Below the pieces are notes generated by a model. That model had not been told where the DNA came from. It worked only from the letters and a program-made list of their open reading frames with translations, and did no database searches. From Moniliella sp. 'wahieum' (lineage: Eukaryota): DNA of 64,000 nt. The position numbers and the translations under genes were made by a program. Below, in pieces: positions 12,999 to 25,393 of this stretch; the first letter of the stretch is position 1, and every line of letters begins with the position of its first letter. The stretch covers positions 806,001-870,000 of the forward strand of contig RSEE01000001.1 in the NCBI GenBank assembly GCA_003971905.1, given 5' to 3'.

Positions 12999-13925
12999 TT
13001 ACTCGTGCATGATAGGACGGTCCTTGGCAGCCGGCGCACCGACAGCCAAGTCCTTCTTGATCGGGCAATGGCGCGGCCGGGGTGAGACCCTTGGGGCAGG
13101 TACGCGTGCAGTTAAAGATGGTTGTGGCAACGGTACAGGCTCAACGAGTTTTAAACCGCGCCCGACGCTCATCCCCATACTCGTCCCGCGAGTCGGCCAT
13201 CCAACGTAGGACTGCATCAGCACGCCGGGCCCAGGTACTCGTCCTGGTTCCACCAGTACGACATGCAAGACGTACTGCAGCACGCACACAGGATGCACTC
13301 GTACAGCCCGTCCAGCCTGCGGCGCTCCTCGGGCGATTGCAGAGAACTCGCCTGGGCAGCGGGTGGTCGTTCTTCAAGTAGGGCTCGATGGGAGCGGTAT
13401 GCTTGTAAAAGTGGGTCAGGTCGGGGACCAGTCCTTGACCACGTACATGTGCGGCAGGGTAAATTTCGTGTCCGAGTCCTTCTCGATCGGCACAGCAGGC
13501 AAGCGTGTGCGGCCGTCAATGTTCAGCGCGCAGCTGCCGCAAATACCCTCACGGCACGAGCGGCGGAAGGTGCGGGTAGGGTCCATCGTTCTTGACCTTG
13601 ATCAAGGCATCGAGAACCATGGACCGCACGTGTTGAGGGTCGATCTTGTACGTCTGGAGGTAGGGTTCTTGGACGGCTCATCGGGGTTCTGAAAACAAGC
13701 AGGACGGCGGGCGGGTCAGCAAGTGCGGCGGGACAAGGCAGAGGGGAGGAGAGGGGGGTACCCAGCGGTAGATCTTGAAATCCTTCCACTTGGGCGGCTT
13801 CTCGTCCGCGGCGGTCGCGAGCTGGGCCGGGCGGAGGTGGCGATGCGCGCACGGCGGGGGCCGAGGCGAGGCGTGCGGCACCGAGGCCGGCAGATGCGAG
13901 CGGGGCGGAGCGAGAAGAGCGACAT
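12999..13925 (-). CDS. SDH2: Succinate dehydrogenase iron-sulfur subunit (SdhB)
   Basis: [37 protein letters not shown](M)[31 protein letters not shown]; mitochondrial presequence-like N-terminus; one intron ~13690-13760. Confidence 0.97.
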
Positions 13926-14753
13926 GGACGCAGCAGCGGCAGCAACACAAGGACGACGACGGCGGAAGGGGTGGAGAGGGTGACGGGGGCGGGCAGCATA
14001 TACGTGCCATCCGCTCTGTCCGCTGCTGCCGCCGCTGTGCCTTTCTCCCGGCTCCTTCCGGCAGCGCTGAGCTCAGCCTGCTCGGCGCACACACCGGCTG
14101 GGGTGCGTCGGGCAGCCGGGGAACCCATCCACACTCGCCCCGGCCGCGCCGCCCGCCCGCAACCGGTGCCCAGCACACTGGCGCCGTGCAGCCATTACTA
14201 AGGCTCGTTTCTAATCGCCCACGCGCCTCCCACAGGCGCCGTGCCCGTGCATGAAAAGGGCCCCGCACAGACGATTCCGGCAGCGCGTCTCCCACCACGA
14301 TGCGCCCTCGCCCTGCTGCTTTCAAATCGACCGCCCCATGCCAACCCCACACAGGCCACATCACATCCCGCCGTCTGGCCAGCAGCTCCCATTCCAAACT
14401 GAACGTTGAACACGTGCTCAGCCTGAGCGATGCATGATTCCTTGGTTGCCCTTGGGCCTGACAGGACGCAGGCGCGGATAACCCTATCCCGATTTATTGC
14501 GCCAGAGCAGACAACCCTAACCCCACGCCGCAGCCCCCCGTCTGCCGTCTGGGAAGCTCCCCTTAAGGCCCGGCGACGCACACGATCCCTCCCAACCACC
14601 GTCTGCCCTCACCTCACCTCGTCTTGTCGCCATCCTCCATTCGGTAAGCGTTGGTTATCATACCCAAATGTCCAGGAGAACACCCGAGTCCTCGTCTGAC
14701 TCAGTGTACCTTCTGGGCGCCCTCTCTTTCTTTGTGTGTGCTGTGTTGCAGAA

Positions 14754-15378
14754 ATGCGCGTCTCTGTTCTGAACGACTGCCTTAACGCCATCGTCAACGC
14801 CGAGCGCCGCGGCAAGCGGCAGGTGTTGATCCGGCCCTCGTCCAAGGTCATCATCAAGTTCTTGCAAGTCATGCAGAAGCATGGTGCGTTACATTCCCCT
14901 TGTCCCCTTCCCCCACCCCAAAGTTATAACTGTTGGATCGTCAGCCTTTCTACTGGCATTCATCTTTAAGTCTTTGGGAGATCAATGTTCCCCTTGCTCC
15001 TTTCTGGTGCAAGTGCCCGCGAGCACAGTTTGGGGGTACTTTGTTACTTCGCTGTGTTCACTGGGCTACATCTCTTCTTTTCTGTGTTGAGCGCGAAACT
15101 GACTTTGTTCGTGTCCAGGCTACATTGGCGAGTTTGAGGAGGTTGACGACCACCGCAGTGGCAAGATTGTGATCCGGCTCAATGGCCGTGTGAACAAGTG
15201 CGGCGTCATCTCGCCCCGTTTCAATGTTCAGCTCGGCCAGATTGAGAACTGGGTCGAGAACCTTCTTCCTGCTCGGTCGTTTGGCTTTATTGTTCTGACC
15301 ACGTCGGCTGGGATTATGGACCACGAGGAGGCTCGCCGCAAGCATGCGGGTGGCAAGATTTTGGGCTACTTCTACTAA
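14754..15378 (+). CDS. RPS22: 40S ribosomal protein uS8 (S22/S15A)
   Basis: Exon 14754-14883 ([27 protein letters not shown]) and exon 15119-15378 (GYIGEFE...[15 protein letters not shown]...GGKILGYFY). Intron 14884-15118, plus a 5'-UTR intron 14644-14751. Confidence 0.98.
14914..15073 (+). ncRNA. SNR44: Intronic H/ACA box snoRNA, snR44-like (guide for the 18S rRNA pseudouridine equivalent to yeast U106)
   Basis: Hairpin 1 CCCAAAG(14917-14923)/CTTTGGG(14972-14978) followed by H box AGATCA (14979-14984). Hairpin 2 GCCC..GAGCACAG/CTGTGTTC..GGGC followed by ACA (15068-15070). Pocket strands TTATAACT and TTTAA are complementary to conserved 18S UUAAA-U-C-AGUUAU, 14 nt from the H box. Host gene matches yeast snR44 (RPS22B intron). 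Confidence 0.85.
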
Positions 15379-16127
15379 GGTAGTTGTCACCCTCTTTCTT
15401 GGGGGAGTGTACCTCCCAAAAATACTGCGCACGACATGTGCAAGCTTTGTCTCAATGTGGTCGGGGACGCGTCGCTGCATACCCGTTTCGACATGTGTAA
15501 TTCTACCCCATCTTAACCAACCTACCTTCGAACAAAAATTGTCATGCTTCATGTGGAAGTCTGGCCGATTTTAGTTGAAGTAGTTGCCTGCCTGCCTTGT
15601 TAGTCCTTCATCCGTACCGAGTATTAGCCACTGCAATGGTTTTGCTTTCAAGCGTCGTTCTGTTGAAGGTCCTGGGCAGCACCTCGTGCATTCATAATGC
15701 AGTGGATGGATCAATCCTGGGGTCACTACCTCGTCATTTCAGTCAGTGGCCGTTGGCATCTGTCATCGTCTGGTTTCGGGTGGTCGGGCCTACAGGGTGC
15801 CTGCAGTCACTAGTCACTAGACCCCAACCAGCCTGTTCAGGATCCGCCTCAGAGGCCAGTGGGGATCGCCGTTGGGAGGATGGGTGCATGGTGCGTGATG
15901 CCTAGGCAGAAGAAGTGGAGCTGCACGTGGTCCGCCAAGTTCTGCGGCCTTGGACCTGGGCGCCTTGCCAGTCTTTCCCCGTGAAACGTTCATCAGGTGC
16001 GACCTGCTTCCTTTTCGAGCAGCAGCCAGCCTGTGCCAGCCCATTTGTCTGTGCAAGAGCAGTACAGCGAACCCCACCACCCACCTCTCTACCTGGCCGT
16101 GGCGTTTAGCCTGCCATCTACCACGCC

Positions 16128-19100
16128 ATGGACGCCCTCGTGGACTCCGTCGCGGACCCCGCCATTGATGCTGTCCACGACGCCGATTCATCTGGCTTGC
16201 TTGCAGATTCCACGCTGCTCGCTTCTCCTGGAAGCATCCACCTTACTACTAAGCCATCCGCCCCTTCTGCTCACATCTTTCGCCGCGCATATAAGGCCTG
16301 CGACGCCTGCCGCCAGCGCAAGGTCCGCTGCGACCTAGGCAGCGGTGGAGAACCCTCTTGACCCGCCATGCCGCCGCTGCCGCCGCGAGCGTCGGAGTTG
16401 TACATTTTTACATGGTCTCGGCCGGGCACGCGGGGGGCTAGCCAGCGGCTCCGCCACCCTCTCCCGGATGGCTGGCCAATCAACGCATACCCCTCATCAG
16501 AGCGCCATTGCCCCCGTTCGTCTGCTGAACCCTATTCGATATTCCGACAGGAGGACCTTCACTTTCTCCTCTCTCGTCTTTCGCTTCGCAGCGCACAACC
16601 TCTGTTGCCCCAGCGCCTCCACCCTTGCGCCAGCTGCCCGGTAGCGAGCCTCGGCAGCGGGCCGCGTCGGATTCTGAGTCCCATCGCTCCAAGCCCCCTC
16701 GGCTCTGGATGGGTCCCGTGCCCCGTCAGCTAGTCCAACGGCTTCTGCATCGCTTGCCCTCGTATCACTTAGCAGCTCTACGGAGGCGATTCGCGTGTTG
16801 GCCGAACAGGGCACTGCATCTCCCGCTCCAAGTCCGTCGGGCGATCTTCCACACAGGGGCGATGACGATTGCCCTGTAAATGAAGATCCCAGTGGTTTCA
16901 CTTCTTGCCAAGGTGACAAGCCTCATTTGTCAGCTCCATCCAATACTCTCAAGCTCCGCACGATACGCTCGGTGCCCAGACCGACGGTACCACGACTGAC
17001 AAACTCACACATCTAGCACGAGAAGAAACAAGCATCAAGACATGCCTGGCTCCACCCGCCGGCGCTCACGATCCCTATGGTCAGTCCTCCCCGCCCATCT
17101 GAGTGATGTTGGAGATTTGGGCGCGCAGTGGTCCGTCCAAAGTGGATTGGTGACAGCCGAGCAGGCACATTATTTGGTGGGGTACTACTTTAGCCAGCTC
17201 CACGGCTTTTCTCCACTTTGCTCGGAGCGTTTCACGCGCTTTCATGTCGATCCTGAAGTCTGCACCGAGTGGTATTGGAGGAGGAGCTTCTCCTTTCCGC
17301 CATACTGGCTATCTCGTCCCGATATGCCCATACCCAGAAGCCAGGCGTGGACGCGACCGCAGGCCGAAGACTCGTTAGAAACTCACACGCCGCCCGCCCC
17401 GGCCAAACAAGCAGACGGGCAGGGGGATGATGATGGCCAAAAATCTAGTCCTCAAGCTGCTGAACCGAGGAGCCGAAGGCGCCCCCCTCTGCTCCACTGC
17501 AAGAGGCTCCCCTTGCGCCTATGAAGTCCCTTTGGGCCGGGGGCGATCCCATCACGCTACAGCAACACATTGATCTATCCAGACATGCGTATGAGTTGTC
17601 CGGACATGTCTTGACGAAGCCGTCGATGCATACGATCGGCACGATCGAGGGCCTGCTCATCCTAAGCGAGTGGGGAACATGGCAGATGCATGACGACTCG
17701 ACAGGGGGTGACGCACCCTCTGGGATCGGCAAAGGGGGCACGTCCAGTTCGCAGGAAAAGGACGTTTTGCGGCGAGCGTCCCATCGATACGACAGCATGG
17801 TTTGGCTTTTGGTCGGGTGTGCTGTTCGGCTGGCCGAGCAACTGGACCTTCCCAAGGTGGAGCATGTCAAGTGCATCCTCTACACTGAATCGTCCTCCTC
17901 CCGCCGCTCTTCCCGGCCACCGCCTACACGCAAAGAAATTGAGCGGGCAGAGAGACGGGTGCAGGTGTGGATGTCGTGCACACAGATCGAGGCCTCCCTT
18001 TCGGTCCGGTTGGGGAGGCGCTTTACCTCGGCCGGCCTGTCGCCTGAGTGGATGGAGTTGATTCGGGCTCGCACCTACCTCCTTCCCGAGGAACCTGCCC
18101 TTCATCCTCCTCCACCCCCAGCTGCTCCTGTTACCCTCAGGAGAAGGCATCCCAAGCGGAGATGGATAAGGTGATCCAGATGCGTCGTGATCTAGTACGT
18201 GGTAACATCAACTTGGCCTTTCCCGATGACTTGGTAGGCTCCGCGGCAGCCCAAGATCCCAAGCTCAACGATCAACGAAAATGGGTGGCTTGGAGGGGCC
18301 ACGCCGAGCTGGTAGCCAAGATGCGCCGGACCTATGAGCTGCTTTACGAGTCCGAGTCGCGCAGTCACAACATGATCGAGAACGACTCGTTCGAGGGCTT
18401 CTTGAGGCCCTTGCGAGCCGACCTGGACCACTGGGTACAATGGCTCGAGCCCAAAATTGGTACGTCTCTCCTGTCCTCTGTGCAATGCTTGTGTAGTGGC
18501 TAACAACTGATTTTTGATTCCAGGTTACCCCGGCGGAGGCATGCGTGCATACAACATTCGTATTCACTACCACTTTACTCGCCTGGTTTCTTTCGCATCG
18601 GACTCGACGCTTTGGTTACGCGTGCCGCCAAAGGTACACTTGATCTGCGTGATGGAACAGGGATTTCCGACCGCGCCGCCTTCCCCATGGCCAAGGAGGC
18701 CGTCGATGCCGCGCGCACGTTGGCGATCATTATTAGCGTCGACTTGGCAAGCTTGCGATGTGCCCCACCCCGAATCTTTCTCTATCTGGTGCTGTCGGTG
18801 CTGCTGTGCCTGCAAGCGGCAGAGTTGTCGGACGCTTTGATGCAGCCGCTGCAGTGCGCGTCGATTCTGCGTCACGCCATCACCGCATTGATGAACGTCT
18901 CCATCGACGGACGGCACCTATCTCGGGTGTATGCGATCCTGCTGCGCAAGGTGGGCGCGACAGTGCTTAAGCACGAGGAACGTCTGGGCCAGAACCATAC
19001 CCGCCCCCCCGTTTCCGATCCGGCTCTGGCCGAAAAGCTCAACGAGGCGCGCAGCCGTCACCATCATCATACCCACCATACCGCGATCCGCTCCAATAGC

Positions 19101-19905
19101 ACCGTTCTTCGCCCGCGCGGACACCTGCATCCTGTCCGGCGCCCCTCCAAGCGGAGCAGGAGGTCCGAGCCCGACTCCACGTCTCAAGCTGCCATGATGA
19201 TGCAACTGCCGGTACTGCCCCACGCACGGGCCGGCGACTGGTGGTGCCCGGCCGATCCCATCTGACTTTTGACTCGGCACATGTCTTCCCGCAAGGGGAG
19301 GCCCAGGCCGCTGGTGGGGTAGGTGCGCCATCCCAAACCCCGCTCCCCGCCTCGGCAGCTCCCCGTTCGGCACATCTTTTGGCCCACCTCGCAACTCCCA
19401 CCACCAACCCCGTCGGCTCCTTCATCCCAACCGCCCTCCGCTCTCTGCTTTCCCGTACGGGACGACGTTGCCGTACCAAATGATGTCGGGCGCACCCAGC
19501 TTTCTCCTGTTTTGGCCAGCAGTTCCGGCAGCGGTACGGCGACGGTGCCTCGCCTGCCTCTGCGGGCGGCCCTTCTCCGTCGGCCGGTACGGATCTGTCT
19601 CATCGCCCAACGTGTACGCTGCCGCGGACGAATTGGCCTCTATGCCACCTCCGCCCTCGTTTGCCGGGGACATTGTCCCTTCCATGCCACGGATGGAGGA
19701 CATTCTCTCTTTTTTGGCACGGTGGATGAGACATTCAATTGCCCTCGGACCCGCGTCTGCCCGAAGCGTCGGTCGTCGCCCAACAGGCCGCGGACGCGGA
19801 GTACTTCTGGGCTTGTCGGATGCTGACGCGACGCGCTTAGCCATGGTCGCTGGCGATCCCGAATTCAATCCTGGCCGCTGTTGTTCAACCTCAACCCGGC
19901 ACTGA
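16128..19905 (+). CDS. ARO80: ARO80-like Zn(II)2Cys6 transcription factor
   Basis: [38 protein letters not shown] resembles the Aro80 cluster; middle-homology region TIGTIEGLLILSEW and WLLVGCAVRLAEQL. 3' end approximate. Confidence 0.72.
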
Positions 19906-20128
19906 ACAATTAGTTGTTGCTCCTCGTGTTCACGTTCAGCACCGTTTCCCATCGCAAGTGTCCTGTTAATCGTTAATCTACCAAAACTTTCCTCACTCTA
20001 TCTGTAGCACCCGCCCACACACCGAATTTGGAGATACAGACAAGAAACGCATGTAATAGTGGAGAGTACGCAAGTGGCGGTGGGGGGTTACTCGACATCT
20101 TGCCAGCGGCCGTTGACGAGGTGCTGGC

Positions 20129-23100
20129 TTACCTTGAGGGCGGCAAAGGCCAGCCCAAGCCCTGGGCCCACTCAGGCCCAGCAGCGTACCGAGGTGTGCG
20201 CGAGATGGAGCGCGTGACCGGTTTAGGCTTTTGTCCGGCGGGGGTGTTGCGTGCCGCAGCCAAAGCGCGAGCAAGCGTAGCCTGGTCCGGCGGTGCCGAC
20301 TCAATTGCGGCCCGATCCCAAGTAACCAAGCGAGGCGCCAACGAGACGAGCCAATCCGGCTCGATCCTGGTCAAGCCTTTGAGCAACGTACGTCCATCGA
20401 CCACCTGCGTCTCTCGTCCACCACACGCATCTTGTTGGCACCCTTGACTGCCTCGGTAAAAACGATCCACTTGGGCGCCGGGTTGCGCGCCAAGTCGGAC
20501 GAGGGATGGAGGTAGAGACTCCTTGACTCCCATTGCACGGTACGGAATCCGACGAGCCAGCTGGGTCTTGCCCGCCTTGGGAGCTGCCATGCCCTCGTTC
20601 GGTACCGAGTCGGGTACCTGATCCGCCCGCACAGCGATTTGGTCGGCAAATGCTTGGGCGACCAGCTTGCGCAACGTGGTAACCTGCGCCACAGTCGCCT
20701 TGGAAAGCGAGGGCGAAAGCACATCCCGCACGACTCGGTCAGGAAGACGGTTCACGTCTCCCCCCGGAGCAAAGTGCTGCAGCACGATCCGGCCCAGTTG
20801 GGCACGGAGTTTGTGAATTTCCTCCATGGCCTTGGGACGAAGGAAGTACTCGTTGCAAAACGCGGTGGTGCCTCCTTCGTCCTCGTACGCGCCAACGGCT
20901 ACTAGAAGACGCGTCAAGTCGCTTGTGCCAGCCCCGTAGGCACGGTTGAGGGCCTGCATAGCAGATGCATAGCGCGTGCGAAGCGCCTTTCGCGCCTGCT
21001 GCTGCTGCGCCTTCTCAGACTTTAGTTCGGGAACTTCGTCTTCCTCCGAGTCTTGGTTTTCTTTTTCCTGCTCCTCCTCCGAAGCGTAAAGCCCCTCGGG
21101 ACGAACAAAGGGTCCCCCACACTGATGGCCGCAACGACAGCCAAGACATGAGGAAGAGCTATGGGAGTAGCCTTCCACAACCATCTTGGCTAGTCGGGGA
21201 GCCAAGGGAAGCTCAGCCATCGCACGCCCAGGCTCAGTGATTGTTGTCAATGCCGGCTGACCCAGCTTCGGTGGGGCGGCTTGGCTCAAAGCCCCAAGAA
21301 GAACGAGTTGCCGTTCGGCCCGCTCCAGGGCCTCATCAGGGGGGGCAGAAGGGAACGGGAAGTTGCGCACTTTGGTGATCCCCATTGCCTTCATATGGAG
21401 CACGACGGCCTCGACAGGTGTCCGCTGGATCTCGGGGGCGAGAAAAGGTCAAAGTGGTCTTCAAATACCGCAGCCGAGTAAAGGCGGTAACAGTGTCCAG
21501 GCCCGGTACGACCGGCACGACCAGACCGTTGAGCGGCAGAAGCCTTGGAAACCCAATTGATTTGTACCCTTGTACTCCCGTGTTCGGATCGTACGTCCGC
21601 TCCTTGGCGCGTCCACAGTCAACCACATAACGTACTCCCGGAATAGTCAAGGATGTCTCGGCCACGTTTGTCGCCACGACTACCAGGCGCTCCCCCTCAG
21701 GGGGAGGCTGGAAGACACGCATTTGAGCATCGGGTGCCAAGAAGAGTAGAGAGGAAGAACGTGCATCGGAGTTTCTGTCTCTTCCCTAGGATCCACCTTG
21801 GTTGGGGCATCCTCCCCGTCCTCATTCTCCTCGTCCGTGTCCAGCGCATCCGGATCATCAGGGGCGCGATCCTCCTCTTCGGCTGTAGGCAAAACAGCAG
21901 CACCATCGTCCCCCAGTGCAACCTCCTCCGCTTCGAGCTCGGTCAAATGCGCTTCGGCCGCATCCAACTCGTCTTCTTGGTCATCCGATTCATCCTCTTG
22001 ACCCGCTCGAGCCAGCCGCTGGCGAGCTGCCTTGGCCCGTTCCGCAGCGTCCGCCCTAGCTTGCCTGCGCCGCTCGATGGCCTGTTTGCCAAACTTCGCC
22101 TGCAGCTGACGGACAACCGTCACGATGTCCTGTTGACCCGTGAGGAAAACAAGGATCGCCCCAGGGGAAGACGAATGTGGATCTTAGATACCTTCTTGAC
22201 AGCTTCTCCGAGGTAATCGTGGGAAGTACGTTTGTTGAAATGAATCGCTACATCGTGTTGTCGGCCCTGTACCTCTAGAACAGGAGGGGGTCCAACCCGA
22301 GAGGGAAGAGGCTCTGGTTGGCCACAAAGTCTTGGACCCGCAGCGTGGCCGACATGATGATCAACCGTAATGGTCGCGGTGCATCCTTGGCGACCTTGCT
22401 CGCCTTCCCGTCATGTTCTTTGACAAACGCAAGCCATTGTTTCTCCCTCAGCCGTACGATCCGAGTCAAGAGACCAATGAGAATGTCAGTGTTGACGCTG
22501 CGTTCGTGAGCCTCGTCGATGACAACGACCGAGTAGCGCGAGAGCAAAAAATCGGTTGCTAGTTCACGAAGCAACACACCGTCTGTCATGAATTTGACAG
22601 CCGTCTTGTCGGATGATTTACCCTCGTAGCGGACTTGGTACCCAACCCGCTTACCGTGTTCGCCACCCAGCTCGCTCTGTACCCGGTTTGCCATGCTTAC
22701 CGCCGCCACGCGGCGAGGCTGAGTGATACCACATGCCGGGTTCTCTGTAGGGTAGGTTAATACTTGCAGCCATCAAGGAGAAATAGAGGAGAACGTACGA
22801 CTGCCAGGCGTGCCAAAGCCACGCTCGTATAGGAATTGGGGCACTTGGGTTGTCTTTCCCGATCCCGTTTCACCGCACAAGACCGTCACAGGGTTCTCAA
22901 GGATGGTCTTGACGATCGCATCCTCGTCTCCCACCACAGGGAGCTTGAGACGGGCTTCTTGCTCCGCCTCAGAACGAGGGACAAGGACTTGGCCAGAGGA
23001 AAGCGTTGCGACTCCGCATAGTGGGCCTTGCCAAAAGCAGAGAGTTTCTCTCTTGGCCTTCGGCCTCTCCCAGGGGCCGTGAGCGCGTCCGTCTTGAGCA

Positions 23101-24933
23101 AGAGTATCACCAACTCGTACCTTGAGACCCATCACTGGCTCCAGAGGACGGCCTTCCTCAGTGGGGGCGTCCTCATCAGGGCCGGCATCCTCCGGTCGGC
23201 CTGTCCCAGTGGACGCCAAGGCTTGCTGAGCCCAGGCCTTGAAGCCACTGCTGCGAGTAGGTTTGCTTTGAGGTGCCTCCTCATCTCCGTCCTCGTCTTG
23301 GTCCTCGTCATCAGATGAGGAGAAGAGCTAGACATGTTCGCTTCTTCCTCACTGGCGAATCCTTCCCAAGGAGGAGAGTCTTCGCGATCCGCATCATCGG
23401 CCTTAGGATTGCCTGCGTCCTTCTGGCTCTCTTCATCACTGGGAGCGTCGAACCCAAACTGAGTTGGGTCCATCCCCCTTCGGACTAGCTCGGCGACAAT
23501 TGCAGCATCTTGTTCGTCGTCCATCTCCTCGTCAGTCTGAGTCCCGTCGCGTTCCTCGTCTTCCTTAGATGTGACAGGTTTAAGCGTGCCCTTACCATGC
23601 TCAGCCGGCTTGGGGGTATTGTTGGACACCTCGTCGTCACTGGGCGGGTCAAAGCCAAATTGGGAAGGGTCCATGCCTCTTCGAATCAATTCGGCGAGAA
23701 TGGCAGCATCTTGTTCCTCTTCCATCTCCTCGTCCGTCTGATTACCCTGTTCCTCCTCATCAGGGAAAGGCGCAACGAGACAGCCTTGCCCTTCCCTTTG
23801 CCCTTGGCCTTACTGGAAGAAAGGCCCTTGTCGCCATCTCCATCAAGGTCCTCGGCATCGCTCGACCCACCAAAGCCAAAATCTTTGGGATTCATCCCCC
23901 TGCGCAGCAACTCGGCCACAATCGCCGCATCTTGTTCCTCGTCCATTTCATCATCCGTTTGACTTCCCTGCTCATCCTCGTCCGACGCCTGGTCCAGCTC
24001 ATCCTCTTGGGCCTTTCCTTTTCCCTTGTCTTCCACCGGGCGGGGAGAAGGAGACTTGGTAGGAGCGGGTGGTTGTTCCTCCTCAGATGAGGAAGATGCA
24101 GACGAGTCAAAGTCGCTTTCCGGTTCCGGACGGCACGTTTGGTACGTTTGCGCGGCTTTCGGCGGGGCTTCTTTACAATGGCAGCCCCGGCCAAAGCAGA
24201 ACCAACGGCATTTGGGACCGACTGGGGGGCGAGAGCAGAAGCAATGCCCGAAGCAGGAGCGGCCTGGGCATAGGCACGCGTTGCTGCTTCAATTCGAGCG
24301 CGTCGGGCAGGGTCTTCAAGCTGTTCGCCGACGGGACGATCGGCAGGCGCAATCTTCGCCTGAGGAGCAACCTGGATGACGGAGTGAACGCCCGCTACGC
24401 GAGGCGTGGCTGAATCACCGTCGTGGTCCAAATCAGCATCGAGGTCGTCGTCCACGGTGTGGTAGATGCCTGCCTGCCGAGGGGCGCCATGGGCAGCTTG
24501 AGGTTGGATTTGCGATCTTTCTCCTCCTGAAGACGAGCGGCCGCTGTGCGTACCCGTCCGGTTCCCAAGGTGGAAGACGAAACAAGTTGCGAACGGTCGA
24601 GGACGTCGGCGCTGGATTGGGCAAGGGAGGCGAGGAGGGCATTGTGCTCTTCCTTTTTCATCTGCTTGGCAACAAAGGCCTCGAAGCGCTTGCGCTTTTT
24701 GGTGCCCATCGCGGCGCCGTTGCGTTCCGAGTTTTGGGCGACCAGGTCCTGCATCAGCTCGTGGGCACGCCGTTCAGAAGCGGTCATGTTCTCCATCTTG
24801 GCCGCATGGGCCGCTGCGCGAGCAGCCTCGGCTGCGGCCTCGGCCGCGCTCCGGACGTGCGCTTCTGTTTGTGGCTGTGTCCACCGCCACTGCTGCGCGC
24901 CTTGGCGTTGTAGCGTTCGCGCTTGGGCGGCAT
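20129..24933 (-). CDS. ECM16: DEAH-box RNA helicase Dhr1/Ecm16 (DHX37), SSU processome
   Basis: N-terminus [76 protein letters not shown]2 region [27 protein letters not shown]. Confidence 0.95.
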
Positions 24934-25393
24934 GGCCAAGGGGAGGTGTGGGGGAGGAGAGCGAGCGAAGAGAGCAGCGGCGCCGCTTCTGGCGGCTGGG
25001 ACAAAAAAGTACAGCTTGCCTCAAAATTATGTTCCGCCCCGGCCATTCCGCCTGCCTGCGCGGGGGCGCTAGGGATGCGTGCGTTCGGTTTCGGAGTGCA
25101 TCGTTTCATTTCAGTCGCGTTTGCTCGGGCAGCACGCCAGAGCGCCAGGCTGCAGGGGGCGGCCGAGCGCCTGCACGCACAGGCCAGGTGCGCCAACCCT
25201 AGCGCTCCAAGCGCGGCCTGGATTGCGTCCCGCGTCCTGAGAGTCCTCAGTGGACGGATGCTGACGCGATCCCCCAGGGACGCCTGTCCAGGCTGCGCTC
25301 AGCCGGCCCACCCAGCCCGAACGCGACGCGGCCGCCCCCGCAATTCGTTTCTTCCTGCCCCCGCCACCGCCTGCCCTTTGCCCCCACCATCCC

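Noticed and set aside
1..19905. Three Zn2Cys6 genes within 17 kb as a sign of a secondary-metabolite cluster or tandem family
   Set aside because: No PKS, NRPS, tailoring enzyme or transporter is nearby; the neighbours are housekeeping genes and the three factors look unrelated.
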